A stretch of DNA of 64,000 nt from an uncultured Actinomycetes bacterium (GTDB lineage: Bacteria; Actinomycetota; UBA4738; HRBIN12), in assembly GCA_963704885.1 (NCBI GenBank), contig CAVPIB010000004.1:704001-768000 (forward strand), read 5' to 3'. A model generated the notes under the pieces. That model was not told the origin of the DNA. It did not search any database and saw nothing but the letters and a program-made list of their open reading frames with translations. Every line of letters starts with the position of its first letter. The first letter of the stretch is position 1. The position numbers were made by a program, and so were the translations under genes. Positions 19,736 through 29,509 of the stretch are shown here, piece after piece.

Positions 19736-20808
19736 CGCCGCATACGATCCCGCTGTTCCGGTTCGAGGGGTCGTATCGAGAGGTTGGAGAGCAGATCGGG
19801 GAGGCGTGCGGCGACGTTCTGCAGAACGCCGTGGCCTTTGATGACCGGCTACCCGCCGGACGCACCCGAGCCGAGCAGCTCACGCTGGCCGAGCGTTATC
19901 GGGCCTCGACCGCGGAGGCTATACCCTGGGTCCTGGAGGAGCTCGACGGCGCGGCCGTCGCAGCGGATGTGGATCCGCTCGCGCTGTTCGCGTGCACGGT
20001 CGAAGAGATCTGGTACCCGGCACGCTCGACCGCAGGTGGCGCCGCGCTCGACGGTCGTTGCAGCGACCTGGTCGCCGCACCGCCCGCTACCGCCAGCGGT
20101 CATGTGCTTGTGGCACACAACAACGACCTATCGCCTCGCTATCGCGACGAAGTGGTAGCGATAGAGAGGAAGATCCCGGGCGACCCCACCGTCTTCACGA
20201 TCGGCGACGGGGTATGGATCAGCGTCGGATGGAACTCCGCAGGCCTGTCGCTAACGGGCAACGAACTCTCGCCGAACGATGAACGGGTCGGCATCCCCCG
20301 CGAGATACAGGTCCGAGCGATGCTCCGCGACGATTCGCTCGACGCGATGATCGGGACGGCACTGCGTCACGACCGCGCGTCGTCCTATAACAACGTGCTG
20401 GCGTCTTCCGACGGAAGCGTGATCAACGTCGAGGGTTCCGCCACCAGGGCCGAACTGACCGAGCCGGACGAACGAGGCCACCTGGTCCACACGAACCACT
20501 ACGTGTGCGACGCGATGCTCCGCTTCGAAGGGGATCCCACCTATGCGAAGCGGTCCGCCGTGCGCTACCGACGTGCGGGGGAACTACTGGCTGAGCGGCC
20601 CGACGGAACGGTGACCGAGGACGACATGCGGACGATCCTCTCCGACCACGAGCACGCGCCGGACTCCATCTGCCGCCACGAGGCGGAAGGCGACGAAGGA
20701 CCCGTGACGTGCTTCTGGTGCGTCGCCGACGTGACCGACATGCGGATCACGTTCGGTCGCGGGAATCCGTGTGACTCGGTCGAGCAGGAGTACGTCTTCG
20801 CCGGCTAG
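19732..20808 (+). CDS. Peptidase C45 family Ntn-hydrolase
   Basis: GSYREVGEQIG, autocleavage site GR-CSD, AHNND, GWNSAGL, HTNH, SICRH. Confidence 0.85.
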   Translation: MTPHTIPLFRFEGSYREVGEQIGEACGDVLQNAVAFDDRLPAGRTRAEQLTLAERYRASTAEAIPWVLEELDGAAVAADVDPLALFACTVEEIWYPARSTAGGAALDGRCSDLVAAPPATASGHVLVAHNNDLSPRYRDEVVAIERKIPGDPTVFTIGDGVWISVGWNSAGLSLTGNELSPNDERVGIPREIQVRAMLRDDSLDAMIGTALRHDRASSYNNVLASSDGSVINVEGSATRAELTEPDERGHLVHTNHYVCDAMLRFEGDPTYAKRSAVRYRRAGELLAERPDGTVTEDDMRTILSDHEHAPDSICRHEAEGDEGPVTCFWCVADVTDMRITFGRGNPCDSVEQEYVFAG

Positions 20809-20896
20809 TCCTCGAGTGCACCGCGGATGATCGCGATGCTGTGCGTGTCCCCCGTCCTCGATGCTTGCCATGTGTCATCCTCCGTGCGAGACTTTC

Positions 20897-20917
20897 ATTT
20901 GCTTAGGCTAAGCAAAT
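20897..20917. promoter_or_regulatory. Perfect palindrome, putative MarR operator overlapping the TAGGCT -10 box
   Basis: ATTTGCTTAG-G-CTAAGCAAAT (10-bp arms) directly before the marR-family gene start. Confidence 0.8.
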
Positions 20918-20918
20918 A

Positions 20919-21383
20919 GTGATGAGCTCGTCAAGGCGGACTTCTCCAGCGCGGGAGGTGGACGCGGTGGCCGACCGGTTGCATTCGGCCACGCTCCACC
21001 TCTTGCGCCGCCTGCGCGCCGAGGACGAGACCCTGGGTATCTCCGCTCCCCGCCTGTCTGCTCTCTCCGTCCTTGTGTTCGGCGGACCGCGCCGGATCGG
21101 CGAGCTGGCCGATGTCGAGCAGGTGGAGCCGCCGACCATGACGCGGCTGGTGGACGCACTGGAACGCGACGGATATGTCACGCGCACTCCCGACCCGGAC
21201 GACCGGCGCGCAGTGGTCATCCGCGCGACCGCGTCGGGGTCGCGAGCTCTGAAGAGAGGCCGGGCCCAGAGGGTGGAGGCTCTGGCCTCGACGCTCCGCA
21301 CGCTGCCCGCCGAAGAGCTCTCGATCTTGGCCGACGGCGTGGACGTGCTGGAGCGCGTGGTCGGCGGTCCTGGTGGGTCCTAG
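20919..21383 (+). CDS. MarR family transcriptional regulator
   Basis: LSALSVL...ELA..EQV.PPTMTRLV..LE..GYV.R..DP.DRR. Confidence 0.92.
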   Translation: MMSSSRRTSPAREVDAVADRLHSATLHLLRRLRAEDETLGISAPRLSALSVLVFGGPRRIGELADVEQVEPPTMTRLVDALERDGYVTRTPDPDDRRAVVIRATASGSRALKRGRAQRVEALASTLRTLPAEELSILADGVDVLERVVGGPGGS

Positions 21384-22372
21384 TCGTTCGCCGCGTGCCA
21401 CGAGTCGAGCAGCTCACGTTCGCGTTCCGCGGTTAGCCCGGCCTTCATGGGTTCCGATCTATCTCGACCGCTGTCCCACGCGAGCGTGTCGGCGATCGTC
21501 TCGCGGAGCGGTCGGTAGGTGAGCCCGGCAGCGATCGCCCGGCGCATGTCGTACCGGTGCAGGCCCTGGTAGGGATAGTCGCGCAACGGAAGGGCCGCGT
21601 CGATATCCTCGCCGAGCTCGGCCTCCAGATGCGCGCGACCCACCCAGGTGAGCGACGGTTCGGCCCCGGCCACATCGCAGCCGAGCCGAAGGAACGAGCC
21701 CCACGTGAGCGGCTCCGCCGGACCCGTGACGCCGAAGAGGCCGGCCGTGCCCGATTCCAGGTGGTCCAGCATGAACGCCCCCAGATCGCGGGCGTCGACC
21801 ACCTGCAGATCGCCGTCCTCTGGACCCGGAGCCAGGATGTCGCCGCCTGTTCGCGCACGACGGAGCCAGTAGGTGAAGCGGTCCGTGGGGTCGTTCGGCC
21901 CCACGATGTATCCGGGGCGGATCACCAGGCACCGGCCGGGGAGCGCCGCCCGCGCCTCCAGCTCGCACGCCACCTTGAGCGGGCCATAGCTCTCTTCGGT
22001 GATCTCCTCGGTGTCGGGGAACGGCGGCTGGTGGACGGGCGTTTCCTCGTTCGCCCCCGCCATGGCGTCATCCGGCAACGCAGAGAGGCTGGACACGAAG
22101 CAGTACGTGCCGACCGCGTCGGACAACAGCCGGGCCGAATCGCGGACAACCCTCGGCACGTAGCCGCAAGTGTCGAGCGCGGCGTCCCAGGTTCGGCCGC
22201 GGAGCGCGTCGAGACCTCCGTCACGATCGCCGTGGATATGCTCGACCGCTGCCAGCTCGTTGGGTTCACGCTCTCCCCGGTGGAACACGGTGACGTCGTG
22301 ACCACGATCGACGGCCCCCTCGACCGCCGCGCGGCCGACGAACGAAGTGCCGCCGATCAAGAGCAACTTCAT
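21380..22372 (-). CDS. NAD-dependent epimerase/dehydratase (atypical SDR)
   Basis: IGGTSFVG, YGPLK, RPGYIVGP.DPTDRFTYW. Confidence 0.88.
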   Translation of the reverse strand: MKLLLIGGTSFVGRAAVEGAVDRGHDVTVFHRGEREPNELAAVEHIHGDRDGGLDALRGRTWDAALDTCGYVPRVVRDSARLLSDAVGTYCFVSSLSALPDDAMAGANEETPVHQPPFPDTEEITEESYGPLKVACELEARAALPGRCLVIRPGYIVGPNDPTDRFTYWLRRARTGGDILAPGPEDGDLQVVDARDLGAFMLDHLESGTAGLFGVTGPAEPLTWGSFLRLGCDVAGAEPSLTWVGRAHLEAELGEDIDAALPLRDYPYQGLHRYDMRRAIAAGLTYRPLRETIADTLAWDSGRDRSEPMKAGLTAERERELLDSWHAAND

Positions 22373-23566
22373 GGAGCGACCCCCTCTCCGGCGACGACGT
22401 CGCCGGCCTTCATCACCAGGTGGGGTGACAACAGAGCACCGATATCCTCGAGCGGGTTGCCGGCGTAGAGAACGACGTCGGCCTCCTTGCCCGGCTCCAC
22501 GGTTCCGACCAGAGGCAGACGCAGCAGCTCCGAGCCGCTAGCCGTTGCCGCCTGCATCGCCCTCAGCGGCGTCAACCCCCACTCCACCATGTGGATCAGC
22601 TTCGTTAGGCGCGCTGCCATGCGGGTTGAACGGAGTGCCGGCGTCGGTCCCGCAGACGTGTCGCACACCCGCACGGACCGCGCGGCGGAAGGAATCCCTC
22701 GCATCGGCCTCGAGCGCCTTGGCCTTCTCCACCGCGTACTCGGGAACCTGATCCGCGTTGTCGATGATCCCGCGGATCGCGCAGAGCGTGGGCGAACGGA
22801 ACGTCCCGCGCTCCTTCATCTCGCTCGCGAGCCGGGCGTTCACCTGGCTGCAGTGCTCGACCGAATCCACACCGGCGACGACGGCGTTCCAGGCGCCCTC
22901 GGCGCCGATCGCGTGCGCGGCCACGCCGCGCCCCCACTTGTGCGCTTCGTCGACCGCCGCGGCGAGCTCCTCGGGGGTGAACGCCGTGAACGTCGCGTCG
23001 ATCCCAGGCGTGAGTACACCGCCGGTCGCGATCACCTTTATGACGCGTGCCCCGCCCTTGATCTCTTCGCGGACCGCCCGACGGACGTTGTCGGCTCCGT
23101 CGACCTCGCGGGCCAGGGACAGGTTGTGGCCGTGGCCGCCGGTGACGGTCAGGGCCCTGCCGGCCGCGAGGATGCGGGGGCCCGGGACGATGCCCTCGTC
23201 GACCGCTCGCCCCACGTCGCAGATCGCGGAGTCCACGCCACCCAGATCGCGAACGGTGGTGACGCCGCGCGCCAGATGACGAGTGGCGTTGCGCGTCGCC
23301 TTGATCGCTGCCCTCGCCTGCGTGAGCCCGGCGGCCTCGCCCGCGAAGTCGGCCCCTCCATCGAACGAGAGATGGACGTGGCAGTCGATCAGACCGGGCG
23401 TGAGCGTGCGGCCGGAGCCCTCGATCTCCGAGGCGGCACGCGCGACCCTGGGAGCCCGAGCGTGCGAGCCGACCCACTCGATCGTGCCGCCTGCCACATG
23501 CACGCCCTGCTTCGTCTTGACGGTGCGTCCGTCGAACAGCGTGACGTTCGAGAAGTAGTGCGACAT
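22369..23566 (-). CDS. Metal-dependent amidohydrolase (prolidase-like subgroup), +1 frameshift ~22602
   Basis: PGLIDCHVH, IKVIATGG, AAHA, SVEH, GTDAG. The C-terminal LIHMVEWGLTP...GTVEPGKEAD is in the next frame. Confidence 0.87.
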
Positions 23567-23937
23567 CACCGCACCCACTCGGGCACGGCCTCGGAGCCGT
23601 CGTCCCGGATCATCTTGTTGCCGGGAAGCATCGTGACGATGAACGACGCACCAGCCGGCCCTGCCGACATGGTGTGGCGAACCCCAACAGGAACAACGAC
23701 CGAATCGCCGGTGACCAGGTCGAACGTCTCTTCGTCGAGGTGGAAAAGGCCTCCCCCTGAAACAACGATGAACACGTCGAGGTGATCATGTCGATGCGCA
23801 GGAAGACCACCACCCGGCGGCATATCAACGCGGTAGAGCGCCACCTCGTAAGCGCCGCGGGCCGGTGCCGCGAAGCTCGTGATCGTGTTCCCGCCGAGCT
23901 CGAAGGTCGGGTGGTCTGAGGCGCGTTCGACGGGCAT
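23566..23937 (-). CDS. Cupin domain protein
   Basis: PGGGLPAHRH...GDSVVVP.G.RH; AGGAG RBS. Confidence 0.85.
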   Translation of the reverse strand: MPVERASDHPTFELGGNTITSFAAPARGAYEVALYRVDMPPGGGLPAHRHDHLDVFIVVSGGGLFHLDEETFDLVTGDSVVVPVGVRHTMSAGPAGASFIVTMLPGNKMIRDDGSEAVPEWVR

Positions 23938-23978
23938 GGTGCTGCTCCTTCCGGCGGGCGGTGCGACGGGCGGCAATC

Positions 23979-26900
23979 CTATCCGGTGAGCGCCGCGAGC
24001 TTCGCCCGGGCAGTGCCTGCCTGCAGCTCGTTGCCCTTGCCCTCGTAGAGCTGGATCGCTTCCTGGATCGCCGTGGCCGCCTCGTCGGGGCGGCCGGCGA
24101 GCTGCAGGACTTCGGCGAGCGCCATCCTGGCGTCGCCCCGCTCACTGGGGAAGTCGGTCGTGTCCATCTCAATGACAGCATCTCGAGCGATCCGCTCGGC
24201 ATCCTCGAAGAGACCACGGCGCGCGAGCACCATCGCCCGGACCGAGCTTTCCATCACGCGCGTCGACATGTCACGGAATCGCTCGGCGCCTCGATCAACG
24301 GCAACTTCGGCCTCGTCGTAGCGCCCCAGCTCGTACAGCGCCTGCGCGCGGATCGACCAGAGAACGCCGCCCACCTCCGACCCCATAGCCTCGAGCTCAA
24401 CCACCGCCACTTCGGCGAGGCGCTCGGCCTCTTCGAAATCGCCGGCGATGAGCTCCACCCACCCGATCATCTGCGTGGTGAAAGCGGCGGTCTCCCGACG
24501 CCCCAGCTCCCGGAGGAGCTTGTCGTATTCGTGGAAGATGGCCCGGGCTTCGTCGACGTTCCCTTGATAGGCCAGTATCCAAGCGATCGTCGCTTGCAGC
24601 TCCGATTCCGCCTCCACGGATCCGAGCACCTCGACCTCGTAGCCACGAAGCAGCCTGAGCGCTCCATCGCAATCCATCGGGCCGAGAAGGGGTATCCCGC
24701 AGAACCATCCGAAGCATTCCTCCGCCATGCGCCGGTCCCCGGCGCGTCGGAAATGATCCAGCGCTTCTCGCCAGGCGGGCTCTGCCTCATCCGATCGGCA
24801 GCGCTGCCACGCGCAACCGCCGATCACGTACCAAGCCCACGCCAGGCCCAGATCATCGTTAGCTGGCCCCGCGACATCAAGCAGCAGACGCGCGAGTCGC
24901 GCCTCCTCCTCCAGCCACAGAGGGTCGGTCATGACCACCCCTCTGTTGTGATGAACGAGGCGAGCGCGAGCTATGAGGACCTCCACACCCGTCCTCTCAG
25001 CCGTCTCGACCGCGTCCTCAAGGAGTGAAGTACCCACCGCTCGCCAACCCGCCTCGCGAGCCGCCAAGCCGGCGTCGATCAGAGCGTCGACCCGCGCCGG
25101 GTCGTCTGGCGACATCAGCTCGCCCGCCCGCTGCAGGAGGCCCGCAGCCGCCGACATGTCTCCGCGGTCGTAGGCGCGCCGGCCAGCCTCGCGTAGGTGC
25201 TTGGCAGCGCGCTCCGCCAGCGCGGACGCTCGGGCGTCCGCCGGACCAAGCTCTTCGAGCAGGCGGCTCGCTCGTTCGAGGTGGTACCCGGCGATCTCTT
25301 GTTGCTCCGCGATCCGGTCTCCGAGCGCTTCCTCAAGCCAGTCGGCGAACCGCACGTGGAGATCGGCCCGCAGTGCCTTCGGCACCTGGTCGTACGCGGC
25401 GTCTCGGATCAGGAGGTGCCGGAACGCAAGCGCCTCGACGCCCGGAAGATCCGAGCGTTCGGTCCTAACGAACTGCTTGCGCGCGAGCGACGAAAGCGCC
25501 GTTCGCGCCTGCGGCCCGTCGGGCCTAGATAGAGCCTCTACCGCGTCGGAGTAGAAGACGTGGCCGATGACGGAGGCACGTTCCAGGACGGCGCGTTCCG
25601 CAGGATCCAGCCGGTCGAGCCGAGCGGCGAGCAGGGCAGCGATCGTCGGCGGAACGACAACCTCCGCGAGGTCGGCTGCCGCGATCCACACACCGTCGTC
25701 TCGGACCAGGATCCCTTCCTCGACGAGCGTCGCGAGCATCTCCTCGGCGAACAGCGGGTGCCCTTCGGCTGCGGCCGCCACCCTTTCGCGCACGTCCGCA
25801 GCCACGTCGTCGACCGCAAGCAGGTTCGCGACCAAGGTCTCGCATTCCTCGGCCGTGAGGGGCTCCAGCGCGATCGCCGTAGCGTTCAGCTTTCCTCCCC
25901 CCCAGGCCGGCCGCTCCTCGAGCAGCTCTGGACGGGCCATGCACGCGAGTAGGATCGGCGCGTCTCGCGACCAGTCGGCGATGTACTCGATCAGCTCGAG
26001 CAGGGTCGGCTCGGCCCATTGGATGTCGTCGATCACGAACACGACCGGCCGGGTCGCGGCCATAGCCTCCAGGAGTCGCCGAACGGCCCAGAGCGTCTCC
26101 TCGGGCACAGCCTCGCCGCCAGCGCCGATGAGCTGCGTCATGCGATCGGCTATCCGGTCGCGGTCTTCATCCTCACCGAGCAGCTCGATCAACTTCCCAC
26201 GGATCTGGTCGGGACCGTCAGCGTCGGCGAGATCCGCTACATCTGCAACAGCCTCGACGATCGGCGAGAACGTGATGCCTTCGCCGTACGACAGGCAGCG
26301 ACCGCGGAGCACGGTCGCGCCATCCGCGAGATCGTCGACGAACGCCCCGATCAACCGCGACTTCCCGACCCCTCCCACGCCGAGCACGGTGAAGAGCTGG
26401 CACGCCCGGTCCGAGATCGCTCTGTCGAAGGCGCCGCGTAGCAGGCCGAGCTCCCTCGAACGCCCGACCATAGGCGCGTCGAGCCGCCGCACGAAGCCAG
26501 CCGCTCCGGGGATCAGGCGAAGGAGCCGAAACGCGGCGACGGGCTCAGACTTCCCCTTCAAGACGAGCGGATCCATCGGCTCGACGTCGACGGCATCTCG
26601 GACGAGGCGTAGGGTCGATCCGCCGATCAACACGTCGCCCGGCGACGCGACCTGCTCCAGGCGAGCGGCAACGTTCACGGGATCGCCCACTACGATGTGT
26701 TCGCTCGCTGCGCGGTTACCCACTATGACTTCTCCGGTGTTCACGCCGATCCGGATCTGCAGGGTCGCGCCGTAGTCTCGATCGAGCTCCTTGTTGAGGG
26801 TCGCGAGCGCCTCGCGCATGTCTTGGGCGGCTCGCACGGCCCGTAGGGCATCGTCTTCGTGCACGTGAGGCACGCCGAAAACGGCCATCACCGCGTCGCC

Positions 26901-27161
26901 GATGAACTTCTCGACAGCACCGCCGTGCGCCTCGATCGGCTCGCGCATCGCCTCGGAGTATCGGGAGACGACTCGGCGGAACGTCTCGGGATCCAACCGC
27001 TCGCCAAGCGCGGTCGATCCGGTCAGGTCGCAGAACAGGATCGTGACCGTCTTGCGGCTCTCGCGGGGCTCCCCCTCATCGACGCGCAGATCGGTGGCGC
27101 ACGCGTTACAGAACCGCGCGCCCACGGGATTCTCAGCTCCGCAGGTGGAACAGACCAGCAT
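23979..27161 (-). CDS. Zinc ribbon + class III adenylate cyclase + STAND/AAA ATPase + TPR protein
   Basis: CSTC..CNAC; LFCDLTGST, EKFIGD, VNVAARL; GVGGVGKS; VIDDIQWAE; FRHLLIRDAAY; helical repeats. Confidence 0.92.
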   Translation of the reverse strand: MLVCSTCGAENPVGARFCNACATDLRVDEGEPRESRKTVTILFCDLTGSTALGERLDPETFRRVVSRYSEAMREPIEAHGGAVEKFIGDAVMAVFGVPHVHEDDALRAVRAAQDMREALATLNKELDRDYGATLQIRIGVNTGEVIVGNRAASEHIVVGDPVNVAARLEQVASPGDVLIGGSTLRLVRDAVDVEPMDPLVLKGKSEPVAAFRLLRLIPGAAGFVRRLDAPMVGRSRELGLLRGAFDRAISDRACQLFTVLGVGGVGKSRLIGAFVDDLADGATVLRGRCLSYGEGITFSPIVEAVADVADLADADGPDQIRGKLIELLGEDEDRDRIADRMTQLIGAGGEAVPEETLWAVRRLLEAMAATRPVVFVIDDIQWAEPTLLELIEYIADWSRDAPILLACMARPELLEERPAWGGGKLNATAIALEPLTAEECETLVANLLAVDDVAADVRERVAAAAEGHPLFAEEMLATLVEEGILVRDDGVWIAAADLAEVVVPPTIAALLAARLDRLDPAERAVLERASVIGHVFYSDAVEALSRPDGPQARTALSSLARKQFVRTERSDLPGVEALAFRHLLIRDAAYDQVPKALRADLHVRFADWLEEALGDRIAEQQEIAGYHLERASRLLEELGPADARASALAERAAKHLREAGRRAYDRGDMSAAAGLLQRAGELMSPDDPARVDALIDAGLAAREAGWRAVGTSLLEDAVETAERTGVEVLIARARLVHHNRGVVMTDPLWLEEEARLARLLLDVAGPANDDLGLAWAWYVIGGCAWQRCRSDEAEPAWREALDHFRRAGDRRMAEECFGWFCGIPLLGPMDCDGALRLLRGYEVEVLGSVEAESELQATIAWILAYQGNVDEARAIFHEYDKLLRELGRRETAAFTTQMIGWVELIAGDFEEAERLAEVAVVELEAMGSEVGGVLWSIRAQALYELGRYDEAEVAVDRGAERFRDMSTRVMESSVRAMVLARRGLFEDAERIARDAVIEMDTTDFPSERGDARMALAEVLQLAGRPDEAATAIQEAIQLYEGKGNELQAGTARAKLAALTG

Positions 27162-27191
27162 CGCCCGCAGCGTAGCGGGGTGGACCTTCCG

Positions 27192-27647
27192 CTAGAAGGG
27201 TTTGAAGACCATCAGCCAGACGATCACTACGATGCCTGCGGTCTCGACCACCGCGATGACGATCGGCCTTGGGGACATCAGGAGCTCGGCGAGCTCGTCC
27301 GGAGTGGTGGTCGCGTCCTCAGCGACCGCCTTGCGAACCCGCATGTAGTACGGAACGGCGAGAGGGAAGGCGGCCAGGAGCAGCACCACCAGCAAGATCA
27401 GAGCCACCCAGATCCACGCTTGCCCCCACCAGTGACCCAGGAAGCCGCCGACGATGCCGGCGGCGAGCAGTACCAGCAGCGATACGTACATCCAGGGGCG
27501 CGTCGAGCGCGACAGGCCCAGGAGGGCGCGGATCTTCGCCGGGTCGCGCTCCTTCCGCAGGCGCAGCGCGACCGCCGCGGTCGCGCCGTGCGCCGCCAGG
27601 AAGCCGAACGCGCCGACCACGTGGACGAACCTCCACCACGGGTACAT
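27192..27647 (-). CDS. DUF2269-like membrane protein
   Basis: FVHVVG at the start, four TM helices, WLMVFKPF at the end. Confidence 0.7.
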   Translation of the reverse strand: MYPWWRFVHVVGAFGFLAAHGATAAVALRLRKERDPAKIRALLGLSRSTRPWMYVSLLVLLAAGIVGGFLGHWWGQAWIWVALILLVVLLLAAFPLAVPYYMRVRKAVAEDATTTPDELAELLMSPRPIVIAVVETAGIVVIVWLMVFKPF

Positions 27648-27669
27648 CAGCCGGCGGGCTCCTGTTCCC

Positions 27670-27942
27670 TCACACCTTGCCTTCCGCCTCGGCCTCCATC
27701 CGGTCCAGACGATCGTAGTAGTCGGGGAACTCGCGCAGATGCGCCCACGCGATCTTGCCCGTTAGGATCGGATCGTCGTCCGTCACGTTCGTGAGCGGGT
27801 CGTGCGAGCCGTGTTCGAGCTCGACCTCCATCCCCCGCCGGAACTGCTCAAGGTCGAACCCTACGCGCTCGAAGTGGATGCCGATCTCGGCGGCCACCGC
27901 CGTCGCCTGCTCCGCTGTGAACGCATCCTCCGCCGTGGTCAT
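27670..27942 (-). CDS. DUF5661-like small protein
   Basis: GMEVELEHG...KIAWAHL.EFPDYY.RL; GAGGAGG RBS. Confidence 0.7.
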   Translation of the reverse strand: MTTAEDAFTAEQATAVAAEIGIHFERVGFDLEQFRRGMEVELEHGSHDPLTNVTDDDPILTGKIAWAHLREFPDYYDRLDRMEAEAEGKV

Positions 27943-28066
27943 GACCGCAACACCTCCTCAGTCTCCGGCAGCCTACTCAAGTGGCCGTCGGTGGCCTCGG
28001 GTACGATGCCCCCCGTTCGGCCGGGCCTTCGGACCCGGCCATGCGGTTCCTCCAGGGGGTGCGGAC

Positions 28067-29509
28067 GTGTCGCTGGACGTCGCGAAGATGGCCGTCGAGG
28101 CTGCGGTGAGAGCTGGAGCCGACTACTCCGACGCGCGGATGGGCACCGACGAGACCGAGTCCCTCACCATCCGCAACCAGGAGATGGAAGGGATCGACCG
28201 GTCCACATCGACCGGCGTTGGGGTGCGAGTCCTGGTCGCGGGTCGCTGGGGGTTCGCGGCCACGTCTCGGCTGGACGAGGCCGAGGTCGAACGCGCGGCC
28301 GAGCTGGCCGTGCAGATCGCCAAGGCAGCCTCCCATCAGCCCGGCGTCCCGGTGGAGCTCTCACCCGTCGAGCCCGTGGTGGCATCGTGGCGGAGCCCGA
28401 CGGGAGAGGATCCGTTCACGGTGCCCCTTGAAGAGAAGGTGGCCCTGCTGATGGAGGCCACCCGCCGGATGCAGACCGTGAGCGGCGTGACGTTCGCCGA
28501 GGGCGGTCTCGACCTCTTCCGACGATCGACGTGGTTCGCCTCGAGCGACGGCGCGGCGATCGACCAGGTCGTGGTCCACGCGGGCGGCGGGATCGAGGCC
28601 ACCGCCGTGGGGGACGGAGAGGTGCAGCGTCGCTCCTACCCGAACTCCTTCCGTGGTCACATCAAGGCGGCGGGCTGGGAGCACATCCGCACTCTCGGGT
28701 TGATCGAGGAGGCCGAGCGCACCGGCAGGGAGGCCGTCGAGCTGCTGGCCGCTCCAGAATGTCCGAGCGAGGTGACGACCCTCGTGCTCGACAGCGGGCA
28801 GATCGAGCTCCAGGTCCACGAGTCCATCGGTCACCCGATCGAGCTCGATCGGGTGCTCGGCATGGAGGAGGCCTACGCGGGTTCGTCGTTCCTGAAGCCC
28901 GAGGATCGCGGAACCCTGCGCTACGCGAGCCCCCTGGTCTCGATCACGGCCGACGCCTCGCTCCCCGGTGGACTCGGCTCGTTCGGATACGACGACGAAG
29001 GGGTACCTGCACAGCGGGTTCCGATCATCGAGGACGGCATCTTCCAGAACTTCTTGACCAGCCGGGAGACCGCGGCGGCCGTCGGGCAGGTCTCGAACGG
29101 AACCAGTCGCGCCGACGGTTGGTCGCACCTCCCGCTGATCCGGATGACGAACATCTCGATCGAGCCACGCGAGGGCTCGCTCGCCGAGATCATCGGAGAC
29201 ACGAAGGACGGCGTCTTCATGGCCACGAACCAGTCGTGGTCGATCGACGACAAGCGGATCAACTTCCAGTTCGGCTGCGAGATCGCGTGGCGTATCAAGG
29301 ACGGCAAGCTCACCCAGCTCTACCGCAACCCCAACTACACGGGCATAACGCCCGAGTTCTGGGGATCGTGCGACGCGGTGGCAGGACGCGAGGAGTGGAC
29401 CCTGTGGGGAACGCCCAACTGCGGAAAGGGCCAGCCGGGGCAGGTGGGCCGCGTGGGTCACGGCACGTCGCCCGCCAGGTTCCGCGACGTCCAGATCGGC
29501 GTGCGCTGA
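28067..29509 (+). CDS. tldD: TldD metalloprotease
   Basis: GVGVRV..GRWGFA, HESIGH..E.D, YDDEG, RMTN, CGKGQP. Confidence 0.92.
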   Translation: MSLDVAKMAVEAAVRAGADYSDARMGTDETESLTIRNQEMEGIDRSTSTGVGVRVLVAGRWGFAATSRLDEAEVERAAELAVQIAKAASHQPGVPVELSPVEPVVASWRSPTGEDPFTVPLEEKVALLMEATRRMQTVSGVTFAEGGLDLFRRSTWFASSDGAAIDQVVVHAGGGIEATAVGDGEVQRRSYPNSFRGHIKAAGWEHIRTLGLIEEAERTGREAVELLAAPECPSEVTTLVLDSGQIELQVHESIGHPIELDRVLGMEEAYAGSSFLKPEDRGTLRYASPLVSITADASLPGGLGSFGYDDEGVPAQRVPIIEDGIFQNFLTSRETAAAVGQVSNGTSRADGWSHLPLIRMTNISIEPREGSLAEIIGDTKDGVFMATNQSWSIDDKRINFQFGCEIAWRIKDGKLTQLYRNPNYTGITPEFWGSCDAVAGREEWTLWGTPNCGKGQPGQVGRVGHGTSPARFRDVQIGVR

